From assembly GCA_022605425.2 (NCBI GenBank), contig JAKIMF020000011.1:868001-932000 (forward strand): DNA of 64,000 bases. Direction: 5' to 3'. Both the position numbers and the translations under genes were made by a program. Each line of letters opens with the position of its first letter. Within the stretch, counting starts at the first letter, position 1. The notes under the pieces were generated by a model, which worked only from the letters and a program-made list of their open reading frames with translations, was not told the DNA's origin and did no database searches. This document shows, one piece after another, positions 39,502 to 51,950 of the stretch. The stretch comes from Hamiltosporidium tvaerminnensis FI-OER-3-3. Taxonomy: Eukaryota > Fungi > Microsporidia.

Positions 39502-42500
39502 CTAATATGGGTAGAAAGAAAAATGTTAGCAGCGAAATATCGAATAATACCAAAATAAAGGCTGCAAACGACGCTGATGAGGTGAAAAAGAGTGATAGTG
39601 AGATACAAAAATGTAAGCTACACCCACCGGCGATTCCCCTACCTTCCTCCTCCTACACAACAATAACACCTCCACCACCAAGCCAAACATGCAGTAAAAT
39701 GCAAAATAGTGGGCTTGACACCTTACCTTCGCCTAATGCACCAGTTCCCTCTTCGGTTGAAGTCTCTGCGTGCGAGCCATCGTACGACATGACAAGCCCC
39801 TGTACTCTAGCTATTCCGGAAGGTAACAGGCTAATGGCATTGCGGACGATATTCGATTCCGTAACAGCCGACCCGAAGGAATGGCCTCGAATTGTTTTTT
39901 TTGCAGTACAGACAAGGTTTGAAAGAATGCCAAGAAATGGCTGGACAGAGCTTGACAGGTACTATAATGAGAAATTCGGCTGCACTGAAACTCTCGAAGT
40001 GTTAAAAAAATTGGCACAAAGTGAGATGGGAAAGGATGTAAAATCAGAAGAGAATGGAGAGCGACGTAGAATCGCCACTTGTCTCGCTGATACATGCACC
40101 TTGACCGACACCACGGAGTACATAAACCTGAGAGATAAATTCTTGAGTAAAATCAAAGAAATCTCTGAGAACGAAATTGGAAAAGTGGTGGTCCGAACTA
40201 GAAAACATCCAAATGAATTGGTTGATAGTAAAGTTCTGGATCTCATTAATCGAGTAGTCGGTGAATATGCAGGAGCTCATGTACCTGAGTCAATTACGGA
40301 AGCCGCGTATATCATGCAAGCTGCGCAGGTATGCTATGACGAGGCAACACGCAAAGAAAAGCCTAGATCCGCTTGGAAGGAAAACATAGAAAGTAAAATT
40401 TCTAAGTTAGTACTTTCCAAAGATCTTCTCGAGAAGGCTCGTAAGCAGGAAAAGCTCTCCACTTCGGAAACGAAGAGCCTTAAGAAAATCATGCGAGAGT
40501 TTAATTTAAACTTGAGCAGCGTAACTGATCTTTCTGAGGCTTTAGTTAAGAAGAATGAGTCTTTGAATGTTTACGAGAAAAAAATTACGATGCATGAAAG
40601 TAGGAAGCAATTCCGAAAAGAGAATCGTATGTTTGAGCTTTTCCGAGGTCGATTTTATCGTGGGTTATCTGAGCGTGTGGAATCCGAGCATGTGGTTAGC
40701 CGTGATCAAATTGTGAGTTTTTGGTCTACAATGTGGAACAAAAATGATGACACAGTCACGTACGATGATTATTTGATTCCATTTGTATCAGATAATCATC
40801 CGACCACGTTTCCTTCACTTGATGAATTTGTGAATATCATTAATTGGCTCCCTAATTGGAAAGCTGCTGGAATTGATGGTATTTACAATTTTTTCATTAA
40901 GAAACTTACAACTCTTCACAAATATCTTTATGATATTGTGAAAGTTATATGTTTAGAAGGAACACCTCAAGCTGATTGGTTTTACTGCGGGCTTACGTAT
41001 TTGATACCGAAAGGAATTCCACGAAGAGGCTCTGACTACAGGCCAATCACTTGTATGTCCAACCTCTATAAGTTAACGACAAAGTGTGTAACGAAAGTCG
41101 TTCAACTTGAAGTGGAAAGGCGAGGGTTGCTTGCAGAGAACCAATTAGGGGCGGTAAGAGGTGTGCAGGGAGCGAAAGAGCAGGCTCTACTGAATATTGC
41201 CTTAAATAAAGAGTACGGAAACAATCTTAAGGCAACATGGATTGATGTTAAAAAAGCTTATGATTCAATAGATCATGCTTATTTAACTCAATGCATTGAA
41301 AACCTTAATTTACCTGATTGGATCCTGAAATTTATTAAGGTAATTATATCAAAATGGAAAATTGATATATCAGTAGGGCCTGAAAAAATCATGAGCAAGA
41401 AGATTGATAGAGGGATCCTGCAAGGAGATAGTCTGTCACCTTTGTTATTTGTGTTGTGTATGGATCCATTAAGCCGAAAGCTTAATGAAAAATACACAAA
41501 AGTGACAGTACAAACAGATGCAGAATCCCATTCTACTAATCATCTCTTGTTTATTGATGATCTTAAGCTCCTTGCAAAAGACAGCTCCACATTGAGTGCT
41601 ATGACAGGCGAGGCAAAGGAATTTTTAGAGGTGATTGGCTTAGAGATTAACAAAGAGAAGTCAGCCACAAATGATACGTGTTGTGAAGATACTGCTACTC
41701 TTCTAGAAGGTGTTAGTGTTTACAAATATTTAGGAATAATAGAAGATAGCAGAGGAATCCCAACACGTAGCTCATTTGAAGAAGTACAGAGCAAACTTAT
41801 ATCAAGAGTTGAAAGACTTTGTCACACTAGATTAAATGCAAAAAATTTATTTTCTGCAATCAATCAACATGCGATATCGTTAATCAACTACCACATAGGA
41901 GTACTTCGACTTGAACCGGCTGACTTCTCTAAGTTAGATGATGCAGTGCGTGCGGTGTTGGTGAAGAATAAGATACATCTCCGCCCAGGATGTAAAGAGC
42001 GTTTGTATCTTCCTAGAACAGAACTTGGAAGAGGCCTACATAGTGTTGAGTTGCGAAGCGAACATATGCTTCTGCAACTCTTGGATTGTCTGGAAAAAAG
42101 TAAAGAAATATCAACTAGACGAGCAGCAATCCTCAAGGTGGAGAATAATAATAAAACCCATCTTGCACTAATAAAAGGCTTCTTAAAAGTAAAGTACAGG
42201 TTGGTAGAAGAAGTCACTAAGAAAAGTTTAGAAGAAGCTCAACTTGCAAAACTATATAACGAAATAGAAAAACGAAAACTCCATTCAAAGTTATATAATG
42301 CAAGGAAAAATGAGCTTGTGAGTGTTAGTGACTCTTCAAGATGGCTAAAGAGAGGAAATATTAGGCCACGAAATGAAGCTGTGTTCTGCTATATCCAGGA
42401 TAGAAATGTATTCTGGGGAGCAGATGGTGTGTGTCAACATTGCGGGAAGTCTGGTAAGACTGTGGATCATCTAGCAACTAGATGTGAAAAAATGCTAGGC

Positions 42501-43339
42501 CATGATTACACTAGACGGCATAATGAAGTGGTTAGATGCCTACACCTTCTCCTTCTAAATAGATATAAGTTTAAGTCTTCAAAACGAATAAGGAGCCACT
42601 CAGTTCAAGAAATTCTTGATAATGAGTATGCAGAGATAAGAGTGGACACCAGAATTAAAACTGATGTTAAAATTCGGAATAACAGACCGGACATATTTAT
42701 TTTAGATAAGAAGAAGAATAAGATAACACTCATTGAAGTAGGAATCACTTCCCAAGATTCACTTCAAATAGTTGAAACTGAAAAACTTAGGAAGTATGAC
42801 CTGCTAGCCAATGAGTTGGGCCTTATTTATAAGTGTAGTGTTGAGATAATCCCTTATGTGATGACCTGGGACGGTATTGTGACAAAATACCATAAATCAC
42901 ATCTTAAAAGACTAGAAATACCCATGAATGTAGAAGCATACATTCAGTCTATAGTACTTAAAAAGACAGTCGAAACTATTTCCTTTGATCGACGAAGAGG
43001 ACTTGAGTCAGGACTAAATGCCGAAGAGAGCTGGGAGAGAGCGTCAATGGGTGTTATTATGAGATCAGAGATGCATGAGGAACCAATACCCCCTTTAAAA
43101 GAAGCGAAAACAGAGGAAGATGGTGCCAAAAATTTTAAACCAAAATATAAAGCCCCCTTTATTTTACAAGGAGGAACCACTTTAGAGGAACCGACCAATA
43201 ACATAAATGAAGAGTCGGATTTGGAAGAAGAGACAAAAGTGGTTAAAGAGGTAGAAGAAAACATGTAAAAAATGGTAAAAAATATTTTAACCCAGAATTT
43301 TATTAAATAAAGATTTAACAATGTCTTTAAAAAAAAAAA
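39502..43339 (+). mobile_element. Intact non-LTR retrotransposon, RLE type (R4/Dong-like)
   Basis: 13-bp TSD aatttaagaaaat (39489-39501, 43340-43352), AATAAA followed by poly(A) at 43329-43339, and a single empty site in the left arm at 17118-17130. Confidence 0.95.
39507..43268 (+). CDS. Reverse transcriptase + CCHC zinc knuckle + restriction-like endonuclease, 1253 aa
   Basis: WKAAGIDG, YRPITC, IDVKKAYDS, GILQGDSLSPLLF, LFIDD, YKYLG; CQHC..TVDHLATRC, RHNEVV, RPDI..IEVG, KLRKY. Confidence 0.96.
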   Translation: MGRKKNVSSEISNNTKIKAANDADEVKKSDSEIQKCKLHPPAIPLPSSSYTTITPPPPSQTCSKMQNSGLDTLPSPNAPVPSSVEVSACEPSYDMTSPCTLAIPEGNRLMALRTIFDSVTADPKEWPRIVFFAVQTRFERMPRNGWTELDRYYNEKFGCTETLEVLKKLAQSEMGKDVKSEENGERRRIATCLADTCTLTDTTEYINLRDKFLSKIKEISENEIGKVVVRTRKHPNELVDSKVLDLINRVVGEYAGAHVPESITEAAYIMQAAQVCYDEATRKEKPRSAWKENIESKISKLVLSKDLLEKARKQEKLSTSETKSLKKIMREFNLNLSSVTDLSEALVKKNESLNVYEKKITMHESRKQFRKENRMFELFRGRFYRGLSERVESEHVVSRDQIVSFWSTMWNKNDDTVTYDDYLIPFVSDNHPTTFPSLDEFVNIINWLPNWKAAGIDGIYNFFIKKLTTLHKYLYDIVKVICLEGTPQADWFYCGLTYLIPKGIPRRGSDYRPITCMSNLYKLTTKCVTKVVQLEVERRGLLAENQLGAVRGVQGAKEQALLNIALNKEYGNNLKATWIDVKKAYDSIDHAYLTQCIENLNLPDWILKFIKVIISKWKIDISVGPEKIMSKKIDRGILQGDSLSPLLFVLCMDPLSRKLNEKYTKVTVQTDAESHSTNHLLFIDDLKLLAKDSSTLSAMTGEAKEFLEVIGLEINKEKSATNDTCCEDTATLLEGVSVYKYLGIIEDSRGIPTRSSFEEVQSKLISRVERLCHTRLNAKNLFSAINQHAISLINYHIGVLRLEPADFSKLDDAVRAVLVKNKIHLRPGCKERLYLPRTELGRGLHSVELRSEHMLLQLLDCLEKSKEISTRRAAILKVENNNKTHLALIKGFLKVKYRLVEEVTKKSLEEAQLAKLYNEIEKRKLHSKLYNARKNELVSVSDSSRWLKRGNIRPRNEAVFCYIQDRNVFWGADGVCQHCGKSGKTVDHLATRCEKMLGHDYTRRHNEVVRCLHLLLLNRYKFKSSKRIRSHSVQEILDNEYAEIRVDTRIKTDVKIRNNRPDIFILDKKKNKITLIEVGITSQDSLQIVETEKLRKYDLLANELGLIYKCSVEIIPYVMTWDGIVTKYHKSHLKRLEIPMNVEAYIQSIVLKKTVETISFDRRRGLESGLNAEESWERASMGVIMRSEMHEEPIPPLKEAKTEEDGAKNFKPKYKAPFILQGGTTLEEPTNNINEESDLEEETKVVKEVEENM

Positions 43340-45318
43340 AATTTAAGAAAATTAAATTGAAAGAAAATTAATAAAAGAAGAAAAAATGAAAAATAAAGTA
43401 TAAATCCAGAATTTCAAATGGAGAAAAATTTGAAATGCTTAAAAGAATAGAAAAATAAAAAATAAAATTACCCAATATTAACTAAGTTTTCCTTTATTAA
43501 CTTATTTTAATATCTTCATATCTGCTCGGAGTTTTTTTTTATAAAATCTAAATTTAAAGATACTTTTTATGTATTTTAACCTAAAAATTATAAAAGTTGA
43601 GAAAAGCCGAAAAATATGACCTAAGTTATTAAAATACATTTTATATAAGAATCTATAAAAATATTTATTTTTTTATTATTCTTTCTATTGATATGTCTTC
43701 AGTGTAATTTATGAAAATTAACAAGACAATATAATAAGAAACAACGACTATAAGAATAAAATAAAAAAGACAAAATAAAATATAAATAAAAAATGTGCAA
43801 ATGTTTAGTAAGAAACGAACAAAAAACGAGCATTTAGAATAGAGAATTTATTTGAAATGATAGAAATTAAAAATTTTAATTCTTAAATGTAAATAAATAT
43901 AATGTAGGTTCGAGCTGTTGAGATCTTATCAAAAAATTTTTTTTAAAGAGTCAGAATAAATATGACAATAAATTTCGCGTAAACACGTTATGGATCTATA
44001 ATTTGAAAAAAATAATTATATTTTTTAAAAGAATACGCTATTGTGACAATTTCGTTAATTTATTATAGATTGACGTACCATACGATTGAATTAGTGCTGA
44101 TCGAAAACAATGACGTAGCTTAATTGCTTTGGATCTGTGATTAATAAGTAATTAATAATGGGTTATAGAAAATCGAGCCCATATCTACGGCAGTTAGAGA
44201 AAATTTATAATATATTGCCTCTATTGTTGTGAGTCGTCTTCAATCAAATACACGAGTCAATGACTTTTATTAATTGAAATTTTTTTACAGCCTTCGACTT
44301 TCATATGCCATATATTTATTGTTCCGACATATATTAAGACTGCTTTGATTCTCGCCATACATCAGATATATATTTACACTTCCGCCTTGTTACAGAAAAA
44401 TATTTATTTTTATGTTAGCACTAGTCTCAAAAATATATAAAATACTATTTTGATCGAAGAGTTATATCGACAAATAAATTTCATTTGATAATTTTGTAAA
44501 CAAATTAATAATTTTCTAATCGTAAATCGATCGATATAATGCAAACTGTAAAAATATTGGTTCATGTTGTAAAAATTGGTTGTTTTTATAGCTAGAAAAT
44601 ATAGAATTTAATGTTTATAAAAAAAGTAGTTCCTAATTAGCGAAAGCCATTTAATGTTTAAATCTCTTATAACATACCACAAAACCTGTAGCGTAAATAA
44701 TGTAAATAGACGCACAAAAAAACTATGGGGAAGCATCGATAAATTTAAAGATTTAAAAACATTCCCATTGTAAGACGATTTCTAAATTTATTGATATGCA
44801 ATATAGCTTCAATCAATGCTATTACTTATTATTATTTTATAATATAGAAATACGTATATTTTAAACATTAAAGTAAATCGATTTATTATGAATGGCATAG
44901 CCAGGGTATATTTATAAGAAAAACACAACAACGTAATAACTTGATTTGCGATTTTCATAATTGAATTAAAGTAACGATTTTTTTTCGTAAAATCTATTAT
45001 ATTTGCCATAAAGCCTTTTATTCTATTGGATTAACTACTGGTTTTTATCGCAAGAAATATTAAGTCATTTATTTAAACCGATTATTTTTTTTCCTCGTTT
45101 ATATTATAAATAAGTCTTTTGGCAGTTTCTGTTCGAAAATTATACACCATACGTGCATTTTCAGATATTTTATGTAATATTAAATTTAATATATTTTTGA
45201 AATCATTTTTATCTAAAATTAAATAGATTAAAACATAATTAAATTAATTCTGTTTTCATTTACCAAATTTAAGAAATTTTAATTTAAATTATTTAAAGAA
45301 AAAAATATTACAGCCTGC

Positions 45319-46882
45319 ATGAATATTCCATTGATAATAATTTTATGTAAATTGTTTTGCTCGTTGTATACACATGTAGCCGACGATTTCGAAGGATATT
45401 ATAAGATGATTAATATACTCTGTAATGAAGCAAACAAGTTAGGCTATCCCGTCGAACTGAGATCAAGATATCAAAAATGCTTTCATATTATCATGACTAA
45501 TACATTTCAAAATGTTATAGAAGACATCTCATTATCTATTCCGCATATAAAAATATTTTTCGAAGCTCATATAAATAAAATCCAATCTCTGTTTTTTGAA
45601 TGCCTCAACGAAACCATTAAAGAGCAAATTGAGCAGATTGTATCTCATGGCGGCGAAAGTTATATAAATGAAAAAATGATATATAGATCAATTTTTCTAA
45701 TGTTCAAAAATATGTTTATATCTAAATATTTGCAGTTCTGTGCCGATGTTGAATTTTTAAATGAGAGTGAAAAATCAGCACATAAAAGCATTATATTAAA
45801 CGAACTACTTCCAGGCCCAGATTCAAGTTTCTTAGATATGCTAGATAAAATAAAATCGAATCAAGAAAACGAGGAGGTACTCAATACACAGGATGAAAAA
45901 ATAAAAATTGTTGAAAATAGCATAAAAGATAACGTTTTTTTAGTATTTCTTTCGCAGCTTGTTTTTGCGCTCTTTGTAGATCGATTCAGAGTATTAAATA
46001 ATCTTTTCACTGAGCTGACAATTTTTGATTTTAAGAAAAATCGAGATTGTTTTAGAGCTGAAATGGAGAGAAATAGATTTATAAAAACCATCAAAAGAAT
46101 TTATACCAAGACCAATTGGAATTTTCCCAGATATTATCAAAATGAAAGTAGTTTAAAAATCGACCAAAAAAATCAAGAATGCATATTTTGATTCTCTTAT
46201 ATATACACTTAGTTGCAATAAGTTTATGAAAAGTACTCCAAGTGATCTTAAAAGCAGATGTTTTTCATTTATTATAGATTTCGATGAAGTGCATATCCCA
46301 ATTATAAATACCTCTGAAGCATCAAATTGCATCTTCCATAAATGCATACCTCCAACCTTTTTGAACATTTTAAAATCTTTATTTTACGCATTTTCTCCAC
46401 GTATACTTTATTTGGATTTTGTTTTGGACATAAAATACTGGCTGCGTATATTTATAGTACAACTTATTTCGGAAGTAGGTAAAGAAAAATTTCTTTCTAT
46501 TTTGAGAACAACCTTTTCCTCAAATGAACCAGATCTACAAAAGGAATTGAAATCGCTTTTCACTGAAGTACCAAATTTACCTCTCTTTTGTGAGGAAATT
46601 AAAACATATCTAGAGCTACTAAAAGGTATGATAAAATCATCGACATATGTTGCCTTCTATATATTTAAAATCGAGCCTCATTGTTTCAATTTAATATTTA
46701 TGGAATCTATTACTGAATTTGAATTTAAAGAAGAAATTTTAAACCTAAAAGACGCTGAAGAATTTGAAGCAAAAATTCAAGAAAATATAATGCATTGCTT
46801 TTCATTCTTTTTTAAGTATTCGCTTTCCAAATACTTTAAAACCGAGGGACTTATAATGAAAAAATTTATATTTTGGGAATAA
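45319..46882 (+). pseudogene. Right-arm copy of the 520-aa secreted protein with a +1 frameshift
   Basis: 'gacc(a)7tcaag' at ~46162-46177 versus left 'gaccc(a)5tcaag' splits the gene into ORFs of 290 and 218 aa. This is homopolymer context, so it could be an error. Confidence 0.8.
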
Positions 46883-47389
46883 TTAAATCTATTCAAGTAT
46901 TATAGTTTATACTAATTTAATTGTGTTTTTTTGCGGTGTCTTCTTTTGCTTTAAAATCCAACTAGTTTTCGCTATTTTGATAATAATTCAAGCATTCATA
47001 TGACTTTAAAAGCTTAAGTGACTAAATATAATTTGGTTATGGTTTGTTGTAAAAATATTTATAAGGTAGTCTGCATAAGATATTTTTATTCTGATTTCAA
47101 ATTTAATAGCCAAATATGAGTTAATAGAACGCATATTTGATTGTCTTATATATGTTTGCTTTGTTTGTTTTTTTAAAAATAAAGCAAAATAAGCTCGGAT
47201 TTGATTTCCGTATAGTGAAACCATTTTAAAAATCTATGTATGACCTTAAAGAAGAAAGTTTTTCGGCAAATATAACTCAAAATGCCACAAATCAAATTCT
47301 AAAATAAAATTTATTAATTGGCGCAAGATTTACCCGATTTCCGATTTTATTTTTTTTAAAAAACAGTATATTTTTATATTTAAATAATT

Positions 47390-48840
47390 TTTATTTAATT
47401 AAAATTTGGGTATTTAAAATTGTGTCTCTCCTATAATTTTTTTTTCACTATTTCAACCATTCCATCGCTTCCTGTAAATCCGACTCTTTGTATTTATTTT
47501 CGGCTTCTTTTATGTAGTAACACCATCTAAAATAAGGGTTATAACATTTTTTGTGTTTAAATGTTTAACATTATCTTCCTCATTCTTCGCTGCTTTCAAA
47601 AAAGGTGTTGGTTCTTCATGCATCTCTGCTTTCATAATAACGCCCATTGACGCTCTCCGAGCTCTCTTAGCCATTAAGTCCCGACTCAGGCTCTCTTCAT
47701 CGATCAAAAGAGATTATTTCGACTATGTTTTTAAGTACTATCGACTTGGTGTAAGCCTCTACTTTATGGAGTATTTACAGTCTTTCAAGGTTCGACTTAT
47801 GGTATTTGATCATAATACCGTCCCAGGTTATTACATACGACATTACTTCACACCAACTTAAAATAAGACCCAACACATCGACTAGCAGATCATACATCAT
47901 AGTTTTTAAACTTCAACTATCTGAAATGAATCTTGCGAGTGATTCCTACTTTACTGATGGGTATCTTATGTTTCCTCTTATCAAAAATAAATATGTCGGG
48001 TCTGTTATTCCGAATTTTAACATCACTGTTTATTCTGGTGTTCAATCTTATATCGGCATACTCATTATCGAGAATTTCTTGAACTGAGTGACTCCTAATC
48101 TGTTTTTTAGACTTAAACTTATATCTATTTAGAAGCAGTAATGCAGGCATCTAAACACTTTATTATGCTGTCTGGTGCAGTCATGACCTAGATTTTTTTT
48201 ACATCTGGTGGCTAGATGATCTACAGTTATACTAGACTTGCCGCGGTGTTGACAAGTTCAATTTGTTCCCCAGAATACATTTCTGTCTTAGATATAGCAA
48301 AAAAACTGCTTCATCATGTAGCCCAATATTGCCTTTTTTTAGCCTTCTTAAAGAGTCACTCACACTTACAAGCTCTTTTTTCTTGCATTATAAAACTTTG
48401 AACGTGATTTTTCGTTTTTCTATTTCGTTATAAAGTTTTGCAATTTGAGCTTCTTCTAAATTCTTCTTCCTCCAACATATACTTGACCTTAATACTTTTT
48501 ATTGGTGTAAGATGTTTTATTTTTATTTTCCACCTTTAGGATTGGTGCTGTCTTGTTGCTATTTCTTTAGTTTTTCCAGACAATCCAAAAGTTGCAGAAG
48601 CATATTTTCGTTTCGTTACTCAACACTACGTAAGCCTTTTCAAAGTTCTGTTCTAGAAAGGTACGGAAGCTCATTACATCCTAGGCGAAGATGTATCTTA
48701 TTCTTCACCAACACCGCACGCACTGCATCATCAAATTTAGAGAAGTCAGCCGGTTCAAGTCGAAGTACTCCTATGTGATAGTTGATTGACGATATCGCAT
48801 GTGCATTAATTTCAGAAAATATAATATGAATGTAAATTTA
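47390..48840 (-). mobile_element. Mirror copy of the 5'-truncated LINE
   Basis: Reverse complement of 11620-13090. Confidence 0.9.
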
Positions 48841-49207
48841 AATTTTTATAAATAATTTGTACAAAAAATAAGCTGCGGTTTTCAGCATTTAAAAATAGGT
48901 TTTTTCGATAAATATTGGTATAACTTAATATTATATTCAAGGAAACCAGCATAAACCAAATGAAACATATATTAATAAAGAGAAAACCGAATTTTTTTTA
49001 TTTTGGATAAGCATTGTTTATATTTCAAATATGCTAATATTTCTGTTTCAGATTTTTTAATATTTTAAGAAGTAATGAAATAGGTTCTAATGAGTTCTCA
49101 ATAAATAACTTCTTTCACAATAAACAAATTATTTTTACAAATATTCAGTTAAAAAAACTTACCTATATGTATATTTATAGATGATCAACATAATATCTTT
49201 TCTCTAT

Positions 49208-49437
49208 CATGCCTAGTGTAGACTTGGCTTGGAGATTCCCTGTCTTAGTATAAGAGACGACTAATTGAACTGGTCCTCCAAGTCGGTGTCGGGCGTATGG
49301 CTAACCACCCTCCCTTTGTCGCCTTATTACGAAATCCAAAAATGCAAACGAACCCACTGAAAGAGACAGGTGGGCGATATTACCGAGGGAAGGTAGGATT
49401 CGGGCACCGTTCTAGTACCGAGTTTGAATGAATGAAT
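49208..49437 (+). mobile_element. Short RTE-like element type B (mirror copy)
   Basis: RTE 5'-UTR-like motif at 49272-49314 and a gaatgaatgaat tail. Confidence 0.6.
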
Positions 49438-51947
49438 ATGTCAAAAAATGAAAATGTTAGAAAAAATCTAAAATTTTTGTTAGGTATTATTCAAAATACG
49501 ATTCATGATAAACAAAGCTGATAAGCATAAAAAAATCCCAAAAATTGTTCGCATTCTTTTAAAAATCTTTTATTTTTATAATGGTTTTCGATACAATAAT
49601 CAAAACCAGGATAATTGTTAATAATAATTATACCCAGTCTATCCAATTTATCTTTCTCTAAAATCACCCTCGAGAATTGAAATGTTTATTAAGATTTTGT
49701 AAATCAAAAAGAATAGCGATAGATTTTCACATATATAATGAAATACCAGACTAAATATACAAATAATTTTTAATCATATTCTTGACTATGAATATTATAA
49801 ATTGCTATATTGTTTCTACTTATTTACTGTTTACATTATAATCATAAATATTTCCTCATGAAAAATGAGGAAGTGAATATGATATAATCTGTGCAACCAT
49901 TTTTTGTTCAATCCTAAAATAAAAATTTTCCTAAAATGTATAGATCGACATTACTTTCGTATTTTTTGAATAAAAAAGTTGAGAAAAAGTATAGTAACCG
50001 CACATAAAATAGCATGATATTTTTTACCTTTGTTATTAGTTTAACCAATTCAAAGATTTGCTATATTTTTTGTATTGAGTCAAGCCAAGAGGAAATGCTA
50101 ATGATACAAAAACGAAAATTATAAATATAATGCATAGAACAATATTGCACAAAAAATCAATATATTTGCTTCGCATATCTTCAACCAAGTTCTGATGTGT
50201 TCAACGAACAACCATCAAGCTTTATAGGGCCTATTTGTGTTTAAATTTCTGTTTTTACAGGATTGACTTAAAATAGCGAAAAAAACTTAATTAAAAATGA
50301 GGATCAACAAAATGGGGAAAACCATAAATATAAAGAACTCGGAGCAGATAAGAAATCGCAAGGTAGGTAAAAAAAATATGTGTTTTTTTGTTTTGTGCAC
50401 TGCAAAATAGTGAAAATATATTGACGATCAGAACGAACTGTCATTGAATCAAAAACTTCTAAATTTATAAATAAATCTTTGAATATATGTATTAAAAATA
50501 TGGACTGTACAGAACCAAAAGCTTCATAGATATAACAAAAAGCGAATAGTTGTTGTTTTAAAGCAGCTACGGGCTTCTTATATAAATTCGGTCCCTTGGA
50601 AAGATCAGCGATCAAAAAGGGCCTTTTTTATTCTGAAAAAATAAAAAATTTAATGAAAAAGAGTTAAGCTAAGTGAAGCATTTATTTATTTGAATGCCGA
50701 AAAAATCTTTCATAAGTATTTTGCCGGAATTATTTCTAAAATATTATATAGTTTTAATTATAGTCTATTTAAGTCCGAAAAATAATCGAATTAAATTGTT
50801 TTTTATTATCTTTATATATTCTGTATGTATTCGCTATTTTTTTGGCTTTTCTTCCTCTGTGATGGAATTTAGTCCACAATTATATTTTAGATTCGCCAAT
50901 TATAAAGATCTATAGAAATTTTGCTTTTACTCGCTGTATATCAGCTTGAAGCGATCTTTTTTTTTTCCGAAAGATGAACTATGTACCAGCCAAAGATCGA
51001 ATTCGTCTTTCGGAGGTACATTATAATATTCTTACTACAAAATACTTGACAATTTCTACTAATATTAATAAGAAAAGCAAAAACAAGATGTATTCATCTG
51101 ATTAATTAAAACATATAACATACGATCTCTTTATCAAATATTCTTTATTTTCCTTTAGACCAGCTGTCAAGAAAAAAACAATACAATGATAATTCAAACA
51201 AGCCCAAAATTTCTCTAATCGTGCGCATTCTGAAAGATGCTAGTGGATTAAAAAATTAAAAATACCAGAAATTAAATTCGGTGCAAATTTTTTTTCACAA
51301 TGATATAAACTGTTTTAAAGGTTGAAGAACCTATCAAAACCCTTTTTTTATTACATTTTTACATAGGTTATTCTAAGTAAATATATATAAAAACTGATAC
51401 CTTTTGTGTAAACTATTATTTTTAAAAGAAACTAGCGACAGTAAATATATATCTGTTGATCAAACTTATACTCTTGAAATAAAAATAGTTTATTTAGAAT
51501 GGCTTTAAAACCAAAAAAATATTGCTTCACTCTAAATGATTTTTTCATGGGATGCTTTTACGACTGAGATTTCATAAAGAAAGAATTGTAAAAATGCGTT
51601 TTCCAAATCCGAGATTTCAGTCTTGTATGGTTGAACTCATTTAGTTTCCAGATTTCTCAGGTTATTTTTTACTTACATTGGCTCGTTTTCTACTACTTTG
51701 GGTTACTTATATATATGAAACGATAAGTGAAAATTTAACCCAGTTACATCAAAGGAATTGAAATCCAGATTACAGAATGAGCTGTATTTTGTCTACTACT
51801 TTTTTTTGGAAACATTAATATCTTTAATTTATTATTAATTTAATCGATAAAAATAAAATAATTTATGCGGAGTTAACGTTTTTTAATTTACTTTTTTTAG
51901 ATTAAATATTTTTTAATTAAATATAAAGTAGAAATATAGGATATCGA

Positions 51948-51950
51948 CCC
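51948..51950 (+). promoter_or_regulatory. CCC-like motif immediately upstream of ATG (microsporidian-type initiation signal)
   Basis: CCC directly precedes the ATG here, at 467-469 and at 62949-62951 (-). It also lies a few nt upstream of both RRP5 ATGs, in an otherwise extremely AT-rich context. Confidence 0.55.

Noticed and set aside
39811-43321. Antisense ORFs over the LINE, and similar ones over the secreted genes and RRP5
   Set aside because: These are shadow ORFs of the real coding strand.
50010-50620. Possible decayed secreted-protein gene (MIFFTFVISLT...), mirrored at ~9840-10450
   Set aside because: Multiple stops and no recognisable homology; cannot be supported.
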